Source: Antedon mediterranea
Lineage: Eukaryota; Animalia; Echinodermata
Assembly: GCF_964355755.1 (NCBI RefSeq)
Contig: NC_092678.1
Coordinates: forward strand, 2,868,422 to 2,932,421
Direction: 5' to 3'
Length of the DNA stretch: 64,000 bases
Under the pieces are notes generated by a model. The model saw only the letters and a program-made list of their open reading frames with translations, was not told the DNA's origin and ran no database searches. Shown piece by piece: positions 1 to 13,810 of this stretch. The stretch's first letter is position 1. Every line of letters begins with the position of its first letter. A program made the position numbers and the translations under genes.

Positions 1-745
1 TGCTCATAGCCGTTACGCCAATGATTTTATGGATCATAAGATTGTTGTTTTTTTTTAACATGCCACCATATGTACCACATTCGCATAGGCATTCTGTATT
101 ATTGCTTTTCTCTAACAGTCAACATTTCAATTGATGAATTAGTTGTACTGTATTAATGTACATAAAATGTTAAGCCATGTCCACTTGTATAAATTGTATT
201 TAAATTAGAATATTACATTATAAAAAAATAAAAGAAAAGTAAAAAAAGACAAATTTGTGACGAAAAATGGTGTTGGTGTACGCTGATATATTGAAGCAGC
301 AGATTGATAGGTCTGTAACAACCCCAAGTAGTACTAGAGGTCAAAGGTCATAGTTCAAATCCAATTAATCAAGCATATTTATAGCTTCAAAGCACTGAAC
401 TCAAAACTAGGCTGGCCATAGCGATACGTGACCACGGACGGCAACAGTTAGGATAGCCTTAATAAACAATAGCCTGTCGTAGACTGAATACGTTTGTCAC
501 TCGTGGACTAACAACAAGGGCCTCGTAGAAAAATATTTGCTTGTGAACTGTGTTGTCTCATTGTAGTAGTCCGCTATGCAATGCACTACAGTATATGCAC
601 ACACAATTACGTTTGCCAGAAACTCGGAACCCAACGTTTACTGTCTGTAAAGATGTATACGGATCACTAAACCGTTATAAATAAAAGAGCTGTATATGCA
701 GGGTAGATATAACATATATGTAATAAATTTAAATTTATTAACGGA

Positions 746-1633
746 CCATGCTTCGGGCATAGCCCATCATAGTAAGTGACCAATGCTTCGGGCATAGCCC
801 ATCAAAGTGACCAATGCTTCGGGCATAGCCCATCAAAGTGACCAATGCTTCGGGCATAGCCCATCAAAGTGACCAATGCTTCGGGCATAGCCCATCATAG
901 TAAGTGACCATGCTTCGGGCATAGCCCATCATAGTAAGTGACCAATGCTTCGGGCATAGCCCATCAAAGTGACCAATGCTTCGGGCATAGCCCATCATAG
1001 TAAGTGACCAATGCTTCGGGCATAGCCCATCAAAGTGACCAATGCTTCGGGCATAGCCCATCATAGTAAGTGACCAATGCTTCGGGCATAGCCCATCATA
1101 GTAAGTGACCAATGCTTCGGGCATAGCCCATCATAGTAAGTGACCAATGCTTCGGGCATAGCCCATCAAAGTGACCAATGCTTCGGGCATAGCCCATCAT
1201 AGTAAGTGACCAATGCTTGGGGCATAGCCCATCAAAGTGACCAATGCTTCGGGCATAGCCCATCATAGTAAGTGACCAATGCTTCGGGCATAGCCCATCA
1301 AAGTGACCAATGCTTCGGGCATAGCCCATCATAGTAAGTGACCAATGCTTCGGGCATAGCCCATCATAGTAAGTGACCAATGCTTCGGGCATAGCCCATC
1401 AAAGTGACCAATGCTTCGGGCATAGCCCATCAAAGTGACCAATGCTTCGGGCATAGCCCATCAAAGTGACCAATGCTTCGGGCATAGCCCATCAAAGTGA
1501 CCAATGCTTCGGGCATAGCCCATCAAAGTGACCAATGCTTGGGGCATAGCCCATCAAAGTGACCAATGCTTCGGGCATAGCCCATCAAAGTGACCAATGC
1601 TTCGGGCATAGCCCATCATAGTAAGTGACCAAT
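746..1633. repeat. Minisatellite of mixed 31-bp (CAATGCTTCGGGCATAGCCCATCAAAGTGAC) and 35-bp (...ATCATAGTAAGTGAC) units, about 27 copies
   Basis: Near-identical tandem units read directly. The 22-aa periodic ORFs 864..1392 reflect the 31+35=66 bp dimer. No spacers. Confidence 0.95.
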
Positions 1634-2350
1634 CGTATCCAACAATGCATTGAATCTAGTTAAATTTGAGCCAGAGCCAATCGGGCTTGCTTATTAAGCT
1701 TTATGCACAATTATATAATCTAATTTTCAAACGGATGTTTATTGAAGTGCCGCACACGATAGGCCATGTCACATGGTAAGTAATGTTTCTATTTATAGTT
1801 TATTGACACGAATAATAAAGAGATAATAAATGTATTTTAAATTTATCGGTTTAAATTTTCATATAATTTTTTTTTTTTTTTTCACATGTGGACAACGACA
1901 AATCAACATGTACTGCAACCAAGACTGGTAACAAACATAGTAAGTATGTTTTAGTTTGATAATTTATTGTAAAAATAAATAGCTATGCAAAGAAATATGA
2001 CGATAAAAATACAATACAAAACATGAACTTTTTATTAAATTTTAACTTTTTATTAATATTACAAGCTGAGCAATTGCGTTGTACTTTGTGAAAGAACACC
2101 TTTCTGCTTAACAAGTTTTTCTGTTAGAAAGACATTAAAGTATTTGTATGAATGTGAAATATTGTTTTTTAGATTTCCAAATACTTGTATGGAGTAAGCC
2201 CACCTGGTAACACTCATGTTATGGGGATATCATCATGGTTCACACCAGAATGTATCTGCCAAATAAGCTCACATCACATAATAATGGTAAGTACCAAAAA
2301 TCTTGTAATAGTAACCCACACCCAAATAGTAACCCCCCTTCAATAGTAAC

Positions 2351-3720
2351 TGTAATATACGGATTAGTAGAGCACCCTCTATGTTAGAGAGTATAAGGAT
2401 AGAGAATAAAATGATGGCGAAGCAAGCACATGTGTTTCCGTGTATTTATTAACGGTACGAACATTTATATTGGCGACGAGGATAAATATGTGAGTTAATA
2501 TAATAAGTGAAGGATAAGCTGACAAAAGAACAACTTAATTGAAGATAAATTAAAGAGAGTGGCGTCACACGATCTGTTAGCTCGTACGCTGACTAGATTT
2601 GACCCAGATGAAAACCCGTCCAACACAGCGGCGAGGTGGGATATGAATAGCCAGGCTAGATACGTACTTCATAGCAAAGAGTATTACAAAGGATGAACAG
2701 TCCCAACTGTTGCTTTTAGCCAGGACTAAAGTCTATGACATTTACAATACATTGGCAGAAAGAAACGATAAATTTCAAAATGTGAAAGAAAAATTAACAC
2801 AACATTTCAGTCCTGACACGGCTACGAAATATGGCCAAGCACTGTGAATTTGCTGATCTGGCTAAAGAACTAAGAGCACAAATTTTACAGAAAACTGTAA
2901 ATAAGAAGTTGCGCAGAGAATTCTTGAAACAACCTGATTGGACATTAGACAATGTTTTGAAGGAAGCCAGGGCTATATAAGTGTCGGAGGTATGAGCAAC
3001 AGATATGGAAAAAGTAGAAATTCATAAAGTACAAACTGGACACAGACCAGTTCAATCACAACCACAAAATACAAAATGTCGAAACTGTGGAGCCACAGGG
3101 GAAGTTAGAAGCTTTCTTAGTATGGTTAATTATAGCACAAAGTATGTGCCCGATTTTGCGACGAAAAAGAAAAATGTTAACTTTGTGTGGAAAAATGAGC
3201 ACCAACAAGCATTCGATGAGTATATTCCTTGCACTTTGTAATGCACCAGTCATGGGTCATTTTCAAAACGCGAAAGAGACATTTGTGATAATTGACGCAA
3301 GCCCTGTAGGAGTATCCGTGATCCTTTCACAAAATACGCCAAAGCACGATGATAACAGAATAGTAGCATATGCCAGTCAAAGCCTGTCCAATGTAGACAA
3401 AAGACATTCGCAAACGGAAAAAGAGGCACTTGTCATTGTCTAGGCAGTGGAACACTTTCATTTATTTTTATTTGGAGAAAAATTTACGCTTATCACCGAC
3501 ACAAGCTTTTGGAAGTTGCCTTTTGAAGTTATCTATGGAAGTTCCACATCAAAGCCATCAGCAAGAATTGAACGCTGGGTACTACGTCTTCAACCATAAA
3601 CTTTTGAAATATAATATAAACCAGGTGACCAAAACCCTGCTGACTACATGTCAAGACACCCAGTTTATACTTGTAAGTATAATGTTAATGACGATACTGA
3701 AGAATATATAAAATTTATAA
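2351..3720 (+). mobile_element. Decayed Ty3/Gypsy (Mag-like) LTR retrotransposon: short 5' LTR, PBS, gag remnant, RNase H remnant; RT largely deleted
   Basis: TGT...ACA segment 2351-2463, then TGGCGACGAGGAT at 2471 (complementary to the tRNA-Ser(GCU) 3' end). Gag-like FDPDENPSNTAARW; RNase H DASPVG..LSQ..VAYAS.SLS..KRHSQTEKEAL and PSARIERWVLRLQ, broken by stops and frameshifts. Confidence 0.85.
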
Positions 3721-4699
3721 CACTAGAGGGTGAGCTCGCTTTGCTCGCTCTCCCTCTAGGAAGTGTAGACGATGGTTCTCTGAATGATAATGACTCGGGA
3801 CGTAAACAGTTTTAGAAGGACATTCTGGCCTGGACAATTTCGGTCGGTTACCGTTTTGATATTTGTAAAACTAAACGTACTCACTAACCAAAGTGTCTTT
3901 GATTAATAGCGTTTAAGGCGTATAGTGTTTATTGTAGATATGAAAAGTGGTAAAAAAGAATAACAAATGCTTGGTCAATTGTAGATAACAGTCCGAAGAA
4001 ATCTACTAAAAATAGTATAATTGGGTTATAAATATAATATTGTGGATGGGCGTTTATTAGATGTATTTGGGGTGGGGTTGAGTAGCGAGATATTATTTTA
4101 ATTGATGTTTTATTGGGGAAGTGTTCCGGGCGTTTATTCAAATAAATACCATCCTAATTGGTATAATTAATACATTATTCCGCGACACAGTGGCCTAAGA
4201 AGAAAGACGTTTTAGACGGCTTGCAAAAAAAAATGTTGTTAATGCTACTAAATTGGTCGCTTAATTTTACAAATCTCGTACAAAACTGCTGAATGGTGTT
4301 GAATTTTTAAGGATCACTAAAAAAGGCAAAAAATAACAGTAATTTGAAATCTTGATTTGAAAAGCAGCCATGTTTTGTAAGTTGTTGCATCACATATCAT
4401 GCAACTTGCTCACAATGGGTGAATCTACAAAAACCATGCTGGGCCGCCAAATTAAAACAGTGTTTAGTCTCGGCAGCCGTCCAACCGTATCGACTGATCA
4501 CATAGTTTGCAGTTTTAATTATTCCTGGATCAATGCTCAGTATAGTCGGTCGAGTTTGAATCTGTGAAATGTGTAAGTAAGTATCACCGCTTTAACAATT
4601 CACAATGTGTGAGCATTTTGAGGTAATTAATTTGTATGATTTAGGTTGTGTTTCCGCAGCTTTATGTCCATGCATTTATAAATTTCTGAATTGCAACCA

Positions 4700-5690
4700 A
4701 ATTTGATCCTCGTCTTCAGATAAATTATTCTTCTTCTATTAACCCATTTAGTAGCACCTCCGTTGGTTGGCCTAAGTTGGTAAACATCACCTACGGTATT
4801 TGTTTTATACAGTTACAATGTATGAAGTTTCCGAATATTATCGACCATCAAAGTGTTCCCTGCAAATTAGAACTCGCTCACCAATTTTGAACTGTTCAGA
4901 ATTTTTTGGTGGATGACGTCTTTCTTCCCTATCCGCAGCCGCTCTCAGCCTAGAACTCACCACTTCTGCTGCTCTTTGCATCATTTTTTATTGTTGCTCT
5001 ATATAGTCTTCATCCCAAATTGAGCTTGCATTATCTAGGATAAGGTCGATAGGCAATTTTGGTTCTCTCCCCATCATCAATAAGTAAGGCGTAACACCGT
5101 TCACCGTATGTTGGGTGGTATTATAGATAACTACTACATGTCCTAGCATCTCAGACCATCGTCTTCGCTCTGCTGGTTTCATAGCTCTCAATAAGCTGCA
5201 CAAAGTTAAGTTTGCCTGTTCCCAACTGGGTGGTAACCTGAAGTTCTGGATTTTGTTATGTTATACAGTTTGCACAAAGCCAAAGTTTTTACTCTGATCT
5301 GAATGAATTCAACCGGGTACCCCATAGCAAACAAACCAATGATCTTTCAGAGCTCTCTCTACCCCCTTTTGCGGACTGGTCTTTGCAAGCGACAGTAGCA
5401 GCAAACTTTGAATAGGCATCTGTCATTACAAAGACATCTTTGAACCCTCCTATTCCTCTGTCGAGCTTTAGGAAATCAATAGCTAAAGTTCTAAAGGTTT
5501 GAAAGCGAGAAGATGATGTAGTGGTGGTCTGATTTTAGAGGTTTGTGATTTACTCACAGCACACCGAAAACATCGGCCTTGGCTTCTGGCTAATAAGATC
5601 TGGAGTACCAGTGGTGGACTTCGCTGTGTGGTTAGGCCTTGGAGTGCTGTCGTTAATGCTTGTATCATATCATCCATCTCTGCCATATTG
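4700..5690 (-). mobile_element. Decayed Gypsy-type element (gag start joined to integrase remnant)
   Basis: Minus-strand integrase-like pieces (HSDQ, SGYHP, YNTT.H..NGVTPY.LMMGREPKLPIDL) and a gag-like start MAEMDDMIQALTTALQGL; frameshifted. Confidence 0.75.
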
Positions 5691-8627
5691 CTATGTTAAA
5701 ATATGGGAATAATTAATCTATGCACAATGTCAATATGTAGTATAATAATGGACTAAAGGATATGCAATTAAAATAAAAAACAAAGCATTAATGAAAAATA
5801 TCACTGATGAAATTTTAAGAAAGAATGTCATTTTATTGTTTGCAGGAAAATTGGTGCTAGGGCAAGTAAAACAAATTGCCCGTTGACGTTGCCAACCCAT
5901 AAAGATGATACTAGTCTGTGGCAGTGTCGATTCTGTTTACAGGATGACTTTCCTGAACTAAGTGAGGTACCTAAAACATTACTTATTAAACAAATATTTG
6001 CGCAAAGTATCTACATAAATTAATATTGTAGTATGAGAGGACAGGTCTATCAAACATCTCCAAATCAAATGCTTAAATCTTCCCTTGCACGTTGTGTAGT
6101 GTCCATGTAATCAGTGTGTTTTTCTTTGTCATGTTTCTAATTTTATTCATTTGATTTTGTGTAGGTATGGAGTCATCTTGAAGGTGGTAATTTACCCAGG
6201 TCAAGCAATTGGTGTCAAAGTGCGTCTTTATAATGGGTTGATGTGATTTATTCCAACAAAAGCAATTAGTGATAAACATGTTAAAAACCAAGAAGATAGT
6301 GAAGGTAGGTTTAACATAAATACCATTTATCTTTTAATTAGTACTTAAACCAAACCTTTTGCTATTTAAGCCTATTTCAAGATCACACTAATGTCATTGC
6401 TTAACATATAACTTCATGATGATCTTACACATTGTAGAGTGACTAAGGTGGATGTTGATATGTTTATGGTAGATCTAAGAAGCAGAAGCTCAGACCTCTA
6501 GGACAGCAAAGGAGAATGGGTGCCACAGAAAAATATTTACAAACAACCATGATGCAGCAGATGAGGCCACAAGAAAGAGGACAGTATAAAGAAAGCTTAG
6601 CCAATCAAGTGAGTTTACAGTTTGTAATGAAGTCGTTGCTCCACCAAGATCAGGAAAACTTAATTTAGAATATGGTCTGGTATTGTTCCATACTCACCAT
6701 ATTAAAAGTTATAACAAATAGATTTAGAAACATGTATAGCCTACATCATACAGAAGAGCTAGCTACAAATGCTTAATAACGTCTGTTTTCAATATTTGTT
6801 CTTCACAGCTTATATCAAGCGTGTTATTGTTCATTTAACAACATTACCTTCAAACATGCAGAGAAAGTTCTGGTGGATATGGACCAAGGAGAGGCATTGT
6901 TAAACCAATTTGCATGTATTCTCTATAAAATCCTTTTTTTTGTCTTGTGTGTGTTCGTCCCACTTTTATTATCATACTCTGTTATAAGTATTATATTTTT
7001 AAAGCATATTTTTTCCTCTCGTTTATATGTTACAATGTTAAAAGTAAACATTTGCTGTATATGCATAAAATGATTGATTTTGATGTTTGTAAAATCATAT
7101 TAAAAATAATTAAATTATATAAAAAAAATGGCAATAAAAAGATGATAAAAATTGATTAAAAACGTACTTTTGACAGTTGTCATTATTCTATAATGTTCGT
7201 GTTCGGGTAGAGAGGCTATAAACTCAGGGGAGGAATATAAAATACTCTCCCTTTTCACCAAGACAAAAAAGGATGACATGAGTATGAAGAATGAACAAGT
7301 TTGGAAATAAGATATTTAGAATGGATAGCATGGAGTGATCTATTTAATGAGAACCGTAAGGTTAGAGTCTATAGAGTGTGCAAGTCCAAAATAGTATTTT
7401 GGTTCTGTGTGTATGTGAGACGCTTCATACCCGGATGTAAACTTTAAAAAAAAAGGTATATATCTATACTAAAAAAAGACTTTAAATAACTTTATACATC
7501 CAACGCCTTAAATTAAATTCCCACTTTGCTTGAGATATTGGAATGGATGCTTTGTTATTAATGTGTCTATAAAATATCGAAGATTTGTTTTTCTCAATAA
7601 ACTTATATCTATATAATATACATAATATAATAACAGGATTTTTATAGCGCACTGTAGGCATATATACTTTGCATGAGCAAGTATAATAACAGCGCACTTT
7701 GATAAAAGTACTTTGACAAATTATTAAAATAAAAACAAATTGTATAACGAATAAAATTCGGAACTACTGTATTTACGCCCATTGGTTTGTTATACACTAT
7801 TCCTTCACTTCAATATGTAGGCTAACAAATTAAAGCAATAGGAACTTTGACTTTACGCAAATACATAACGAAAGTATAAAAATGACTATATTATTTTTGG
7901 TGTTTTTCGTGGTGTATTAATTATTTGATACGTAGAGATAAAAAAAAGTGGATAAAAATCGAATGAAAAACACATTGCTGCGGAAACACGAATTAAGTTT
8001 ATTCATTTACATTTTATTTTTATTTCACTGGTTTCAATACAAATCGGGGTTTTTTTTAACAAACAAACTGCCAATCAATACAATTCGGAACTACTTACGG
8101 CCATTGATTTAGTTATACACAGAGTATTCCTTTACTTTGAAATATCTGTAAGCTACAAAATGAAAGCATTATTGGATTTGGGGTGCGCCTCAGATAGTTA
8201 CAACGTGCATGAGCGGGACAGACTTCTGTCAATCAGTCGGCAGAGATTACACAATTTTAGTGATAACATGAATTGGTAAGTTATCGAATTAAGATGTAAA
8301 GTATTGGAAATAATAACAATGATTATGACTCAACACAAAAAGTAGTCGAAATTAGATTGGTGTATTTTTCGTTGATATTTGATATTTAGCGGAAACACGA
8401 CACTCATTTGGATTCATGTGTTTGTGTTTTTACAATTTACATTTTTGTTTATTTCATAGTTTTTTATATTCTCCTCAAGTATTCTCAATTGTTCTTTACG
8501 TCAGAGTAGGGCAAAACATCTAATCACTCAACTCCCTGACGCAAAACTACAATTACAATCCTGTTGGTGCAGTAGGGCCTACCCGCTGCTTACTTGGGCT
8601 CGAATCTAACCACTAGCCATCAGCGCA

Positions 8628-8699
8628 AGCTCGGTGGTCTAGAGGTATATACGCCAGGCTAGTGATCTGGAGGTCGTGGGTTCGAGTCCCAACCGAGAA
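8628..8699 (+). ncRNA. tRNA-like sequence (pseudo-tRNA or SINE head, anticodon AGT)
   Basis: A-box TGGTCTAGAGG, B-box GGTTCGAGTCC, anticodon arm CCAGG-CTAGTGA-TCTGG. Acceptor stem only 5 bp and one T-stem mismatch, so probably not a functional tRNA. Followed by (CTA)n. Confidence 0.6.
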
Positions 8700-8722
8700 C
8701 TACTACTACTAAGTATTCTCCA

Positions 8723-9240
8723 ATGAACAAGGGGAAGAGCGACTTCCCCGCTATGAACAAAGGAAAGAGCGACTTCCCCGCTATGAACAAGGGGAAGAGT
8801 GACTTTCCTGCTATGAACAAGGGGAAGAGTGACTTCCCTGCTATGAACAAGGGGAAGAGTGACTTCCCTGCTATGGACAAGGGGAAGAGTGACTTCCCTG
8901 CTATGGACAAGGGGAAGAGTGACTTCCCTGCTATGGACAAGGGGAAGAGTGACTTCCCTGCTATGGACAAGGGGAAGAGTGACTTCCCTGCTATGGACAA
9001 GGGGAAGAGTGACTTCCCTGCTATGGACAAGGGGAAGAGTGACTTCCCTGCTATGGACAAGGGGAAGAGTGACTTCCCTGCTATGGACAAGGGGAAGAGT
9101 GACTTCCCTGCTATGGACAAGGGGAAGAGTGACTTCCCTGCTATGGACAAGGGGAAGAGTGACTTCCCTGCTATGGACAAAGGGAAGAGTGACTTCCCCG
9201 CTATGGACAAGGGGAAGAGTGATTTTCATGCTATGAACAC
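8723..9240. repeat. 30-bp minisatellite ATGGACAAGGGGAAGAGTGACTTCCCTGCT, about 17 copies
   Basis: Direct reading; explains the four overlapping repetitive ORFs. Confidence 0.95.
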
Positions 9241-10427
9241 AGCCGATGCATTCTCTATACTAAATAATAACTGTGAACTGATTATTGTCATTGCTTTCCA
9301 CAATAAAACTACTATTTGATTGTTTTATCAAACAAATAAATAGATAAAATAAGCCAGCGTGTTAAGAGATTTTCATAGAATTTAGGCGCCTCTTCTAATA
9401 GGACAAATTAGTTAAAGCAAAATAAATGTAAGTGGTAATGGATAATATATAAAATGGCCGTTCGTTAAAAACACAACACACACTCGAACCTTGCAAACAA
9501 ATATGCCGCACAATTAAAATAGTTGCATATATTAGCGAAGGATCCAATGAAATCGTTTATAACAATTCAGTTTTTGAATGGCTGCGTGACGTGCACCTGT
9601 ACGTCTTCACCGGTTTAGCGGAACGGGTTTTGCAGTGTGGGTAAGTAACAGAACATTATTTTGTACATTTTAATAAATTATATTAATCTAAATAATCCAC
9701 TTTTTAATGTTAATAGTCTATATTCACTCCCTGAATCGAATTAAGAATAATATATTGAAGCCTCTAACCACCTCTATTACTAATAGTCTACAATACCAGT
9801 AGCTAGGCAATTGCTTGTTTTGGAATTCACTCTGTTTGGTCTCCCGTCGTCGTCGGCGGTTATCGTTGACATGTAAGAACCTAAGCCAACAAGGACACGT
9901 TTCCCAATACAATTCCAGTTATTATAAAAGTTGTATATCGAATGAAATTGTGGAAAATGTAGACGGCATTTTGACCACCATTTAATCCAAGAGGCGAATA
10001 ATTATTAATTTCCGGTCATCGTACCAAAATAGAGAGAATTACTCTACTACATTACCAAACTAGTTTGACAAAAAAAAATGTGTGATGTGCCCAAATATGG
10101 TAGTGATATTCCTAAGTTTTGTAGTGATCATCTTGAGGTCCATGAGCACATCACATATTTTGTCACATAAAGGTTGATATTGTAGGCAGAGCGTTACTAA
10201 ATTACATGTAGGCCTATTTAAACATTATTTAGATTTTAAGTAAATCCACTTTCCCACTAATTCTTAAGCCACAGTGACATATGTATGGTACATTAACAAT
10301 AAATATTCTTTTTAGGGGTAATCAATGTATTTTTGTCTTTCCAGAGATTGAAGATAATTTTTTTTCTTTAGCAAATTTAGATTTTGTAACTTTTAAAAAC
10401 TGAACATCTAAACGCAGCGTGACTTGA

Positions 10428-10647
10428 ATGGCTTCCGTACCCTTTTAGAGTTTCCAATCATTTAGTTCACATTACCATAACCTACAAAGTAATAGCCGGC
10501 CTAACTTTCATCAATCATGACGTCATCTAATAATATTGGTTTGTTTTTCAGGTTCAGAAGAGGTGCACCGCGCGCGTTCATTCTTTTTATTCACATTTTT
10601 ACATAATATAATAATTATTAACTAACTCAGATGGGTACGGAAGCCAT
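10428..10647. mobile_element. Small MITE-like element with 15-bp terminal inverted repeats
   Basis: ATGGCTTCCGTACCC at ~10428 and GGGTACGGAAGCCAT at ~10633. Confidence 0.55.
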
Positions 10648-10829
10648 CAATATAAATAAATGATAATTTTTTAGCGTAAATTAAAAAAAATATTAACCTC
10701 CTACATTGAATGATTATATTATTCTTGTTTGTGAATGATTATCAACGTAGTCTACGTCATCGTAGGTCATCGTAGTTTACGTCATCGTAATACTGTACAG
10801 CATAAACGATACAGAGACTAAAACACGAT

Positions 10830-13810
10830 AATGTCGAGGTAAGGTATTTATGTTTTATCGATTTTACGTGATTTTCTTTTAATACCTTTCGATAAATAAC
10901 TATTATAAAAACGCATTTATAAAGTTAGTATTGCGTTACCTTACTTGCAGGTCTATTTATTAGTCGCTTGCAACGCGACTCTACGGCTCACTATGTCGGT
11001 CGGTCGGTAAACACTAACCTGAGCACGCGACTGCAACCATGTATTGCCTTGTATTAATAACTGATAACCGTTTAAAATAAACATAACTGGGTCATACAAA
11101 TATTTTTTTCATTTAATGATGAAATTCTACGTAGGCCTAAATCCATTTGATGATAGTGCAAATAAAATAAAATTCTATTTCTTAATTTCCAACCCAAACC
11201 AGTTATCATAATGTGTAACTAATAATTTTATTCTTTTCAGGTTAATCAAATATATTTTTATTTTTTCAGATAATGGAGTTTTTCTGGTAACCGTTTAAAA
11301 GAAACATAACTGGACCCACTTAACAATTTTTGTTTCAGGTTAATCAAATGTATTTTTATCTTTTCAGAGATTGGAGTTATTATATTTTAAAATGTCCAAC
11401 CTAAACCAGTTATTATAATGTGCAACTAATAATATTTATTCTTTTTCAGGTTAATCAAATGTATTTTTATCTTTGCAGAGATTGGAGTATTTCTATTTTT
11501 CTTTTGGAGATTTTCTTTTCATACCTTTAAATAAATAACTTATAAACACGCAATTATAAATTCTCATATACCTTACTTGTAGGTCTATTTATTTTAATAC
11601 CATTTAAAGACAAAACACAACTGTCATGGACCCATTTCGATTGTACCATAAAAATATTATTTCCATTTACGTATAAATTAATTATTTCCAACCCCAACCA
11701 GTTCCCATAAATGTGCAACTAACAATATTTATTCTTTTTCATGTTAACCAAATGTATTTGGATCTTTTCAGAGATTGGAGTTTTGCTTTTAGAGATTTTC
11801 TTTTGTTATCTTCCAATAAATAAAACGCTATTATAAATTTACAATTTTCATTGTAGTATCTGTTACCTTACTTGTAGGCCTCTTTATTTTAATAATCGGT
11901 AACCGTTTAAAAGAAACATAACTGGGCCCATTTTTTGTATTATTTCTATTTACTTATATTCCTAATTCTATTTCATAATTTCCAAACCAAACCAGTTATC
12001 ATAATGTGCAACTAACAATATTTTTTTCAGGTTAATCAAATTTATTTTTATCTTTTCAGAGATTGGAGTTTTTCTATTTTTCTTTTGGAGATTTTTTTTT
12101 TAAACCTTTAAATAAATAACTTAGTATTGGTTACCTTACTTGTAGGCCTATTTATTTAATAACTGGTAACCGTTTATAAGAAACACCCATTTTGTTTGTA
12201 CCATAAATATTATTTCCATTTACGTAGGCCTACATCCATTTGATGATGGTGTAATTAAATACAATTAATTCTATTTCAAAATTTCCAACCCAAACCAGTT
12301 AATATCATAATGTGCGACTAACAATATTTATTCTTTTTCAGGTTAATCAAATGTATTTTTATCTTTTCAGAGATTGGAATTTTTCTTTTGGAAATATTCT
12401 TTTTATACATTTAAATAAATAACTTATAAACACGCAATTATAAATTCTCATATACCTTACTTGTAGGTCTATTTATTTTAATAAACGGTAACCACATAAA
12501 AGAAACATAACTGGACCCATTTTGATTGTAACATAAAAATATTATTTCCATTTACGTAAAAATTAATTCTATGTCGTAATTTCCAACCCCAACCAGTTCC
12601 CATAAATGTGCAACTAACAACATTTATTCTTTTTCAGGTTAATCAGATGTATTTTTATCTTTTCAGAGATTGGAGTTTTGCTTTTGGAGATTTTATTTTT
12701 TTACCTTTAAATAAATAACTTATAAAAATGCAATTATAAATTTTCATGTATTGGTTACCTTACTTGTAGGCCTATTTATTTTAATCTGGTAACCGTTTAA
12801 AAGAAATATAACTGGACCCAACTAACAACATATTTTTTTTCAGGTTAATCAAATGTATTTTTATCTTTTCAGAGATTAGAGTTTTTCTATTTTTGTTTTG
12901 GAGATTTTCTTTTTATAGTTGTCAATAAATAACTTAGTATTGGTTACTTGTAGGCCTATTTATTTTAATAAATGGTAACTGTTTAAAAGAAACATAACTG
13001 GACCCATTTTGATTGTACATTGTAAATAGTATTTCCATTTACGTAGTATTTAATTAATTATATTTCTCAATTTCCAACCCAAACCAGTTATCATAATGTG
13101 CAACTAATAATGTTATTTTTTTCAGGTTAATCAAATGTATTTGTATTTTTTCAGAGATTGGAGTTTTTCTATTTTTCTTTTGGAGATTTTCTTTTTTTAT
13201 CTTTCAATAAGTAACTTATAAACACGCAATTATGAATTCTCATATAGTATTGGTTACCTTGCTTGTAGGTCTGTTTATTTTAATAATCGGTAACGGTTTA
13301 AAAGAAACATAAGTGGACCCATTTTGATTGGAGGTACACACAGTGGCTTAGGCTGCTTTTGTGCTTTCCTGGCAGCTAGTGACTATGATTTTATATTTTC
13401 TTTTGCGTTGTTTTTGTTTAATTTGTTGATTTGTATTATATTTTGTAAAATGTATCTTTTGCCTGAATAAATAATAATAATAATATATTATTTCCATTTG
13501 CGTAGCCTAAATGAATTTGATGATGTTGCAAATAAAATTAATTCTATTTCATAATTAATAATAACACAGTTATCATAATGTGCAAATAACAATATTTATT
13601 CTTTTTCAGGTTATCAAATGTATTTTTATCTTTTCAGACTTTTGGAGTTTTTCTATTTTTTTCTTTTGGAGATTTTCTTTTTTTATCTTTCAATAAATAA
13701 CTTATAAAAACGTTATTATAAATTTACATTTAGTATTGGTTACCTTATTTTAATAATCGGTAACCGTTTAAAAGAATCAAATGTATTTTTATTTTTTCAG
13801 AGATTGGAGA
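10830..13810. repeat. Degenerate AT-rich tandem repeat, ~250-350 bp period
   Basis: Recurrent blocks TTTTCAGGTTAATCAAATGTATTTTTATCTTTTCAGAGATTGGAG, TTACCTTACTTGTAGG and GGTAACCGTTTAAAAGAAACATAACTGG, each seen about ten times. Confidence 0.9.
10958..11055 (+). mobile_element. Short Helentron-associated (HINE/DINE-1-like) element
   Basis: T-rich start, AGTCGC...GCGACT 5' palindrome, (GTCG)n microsatellite, second ACGCGACT, 3' end GCCTTGT; matches the general HINE layout. Confidence 0.6.

Noticed and set aside
746-1633. CRISPR-like 31-35 bp palindromic repeats
   Set aside because: No unique spacers, no cas genes, eukaryotic context.
3722-3760. Hairpin CTAGAGGG...CCCTCTAG at the end of the Gypsy remnant
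   Set aside because: May be a rolling-circle transposon end, but no partner end could be defined.
8639-9319. Long ORFs in four frames
   Set aside because: Translation of a stop-free 30-bp minisatellite.
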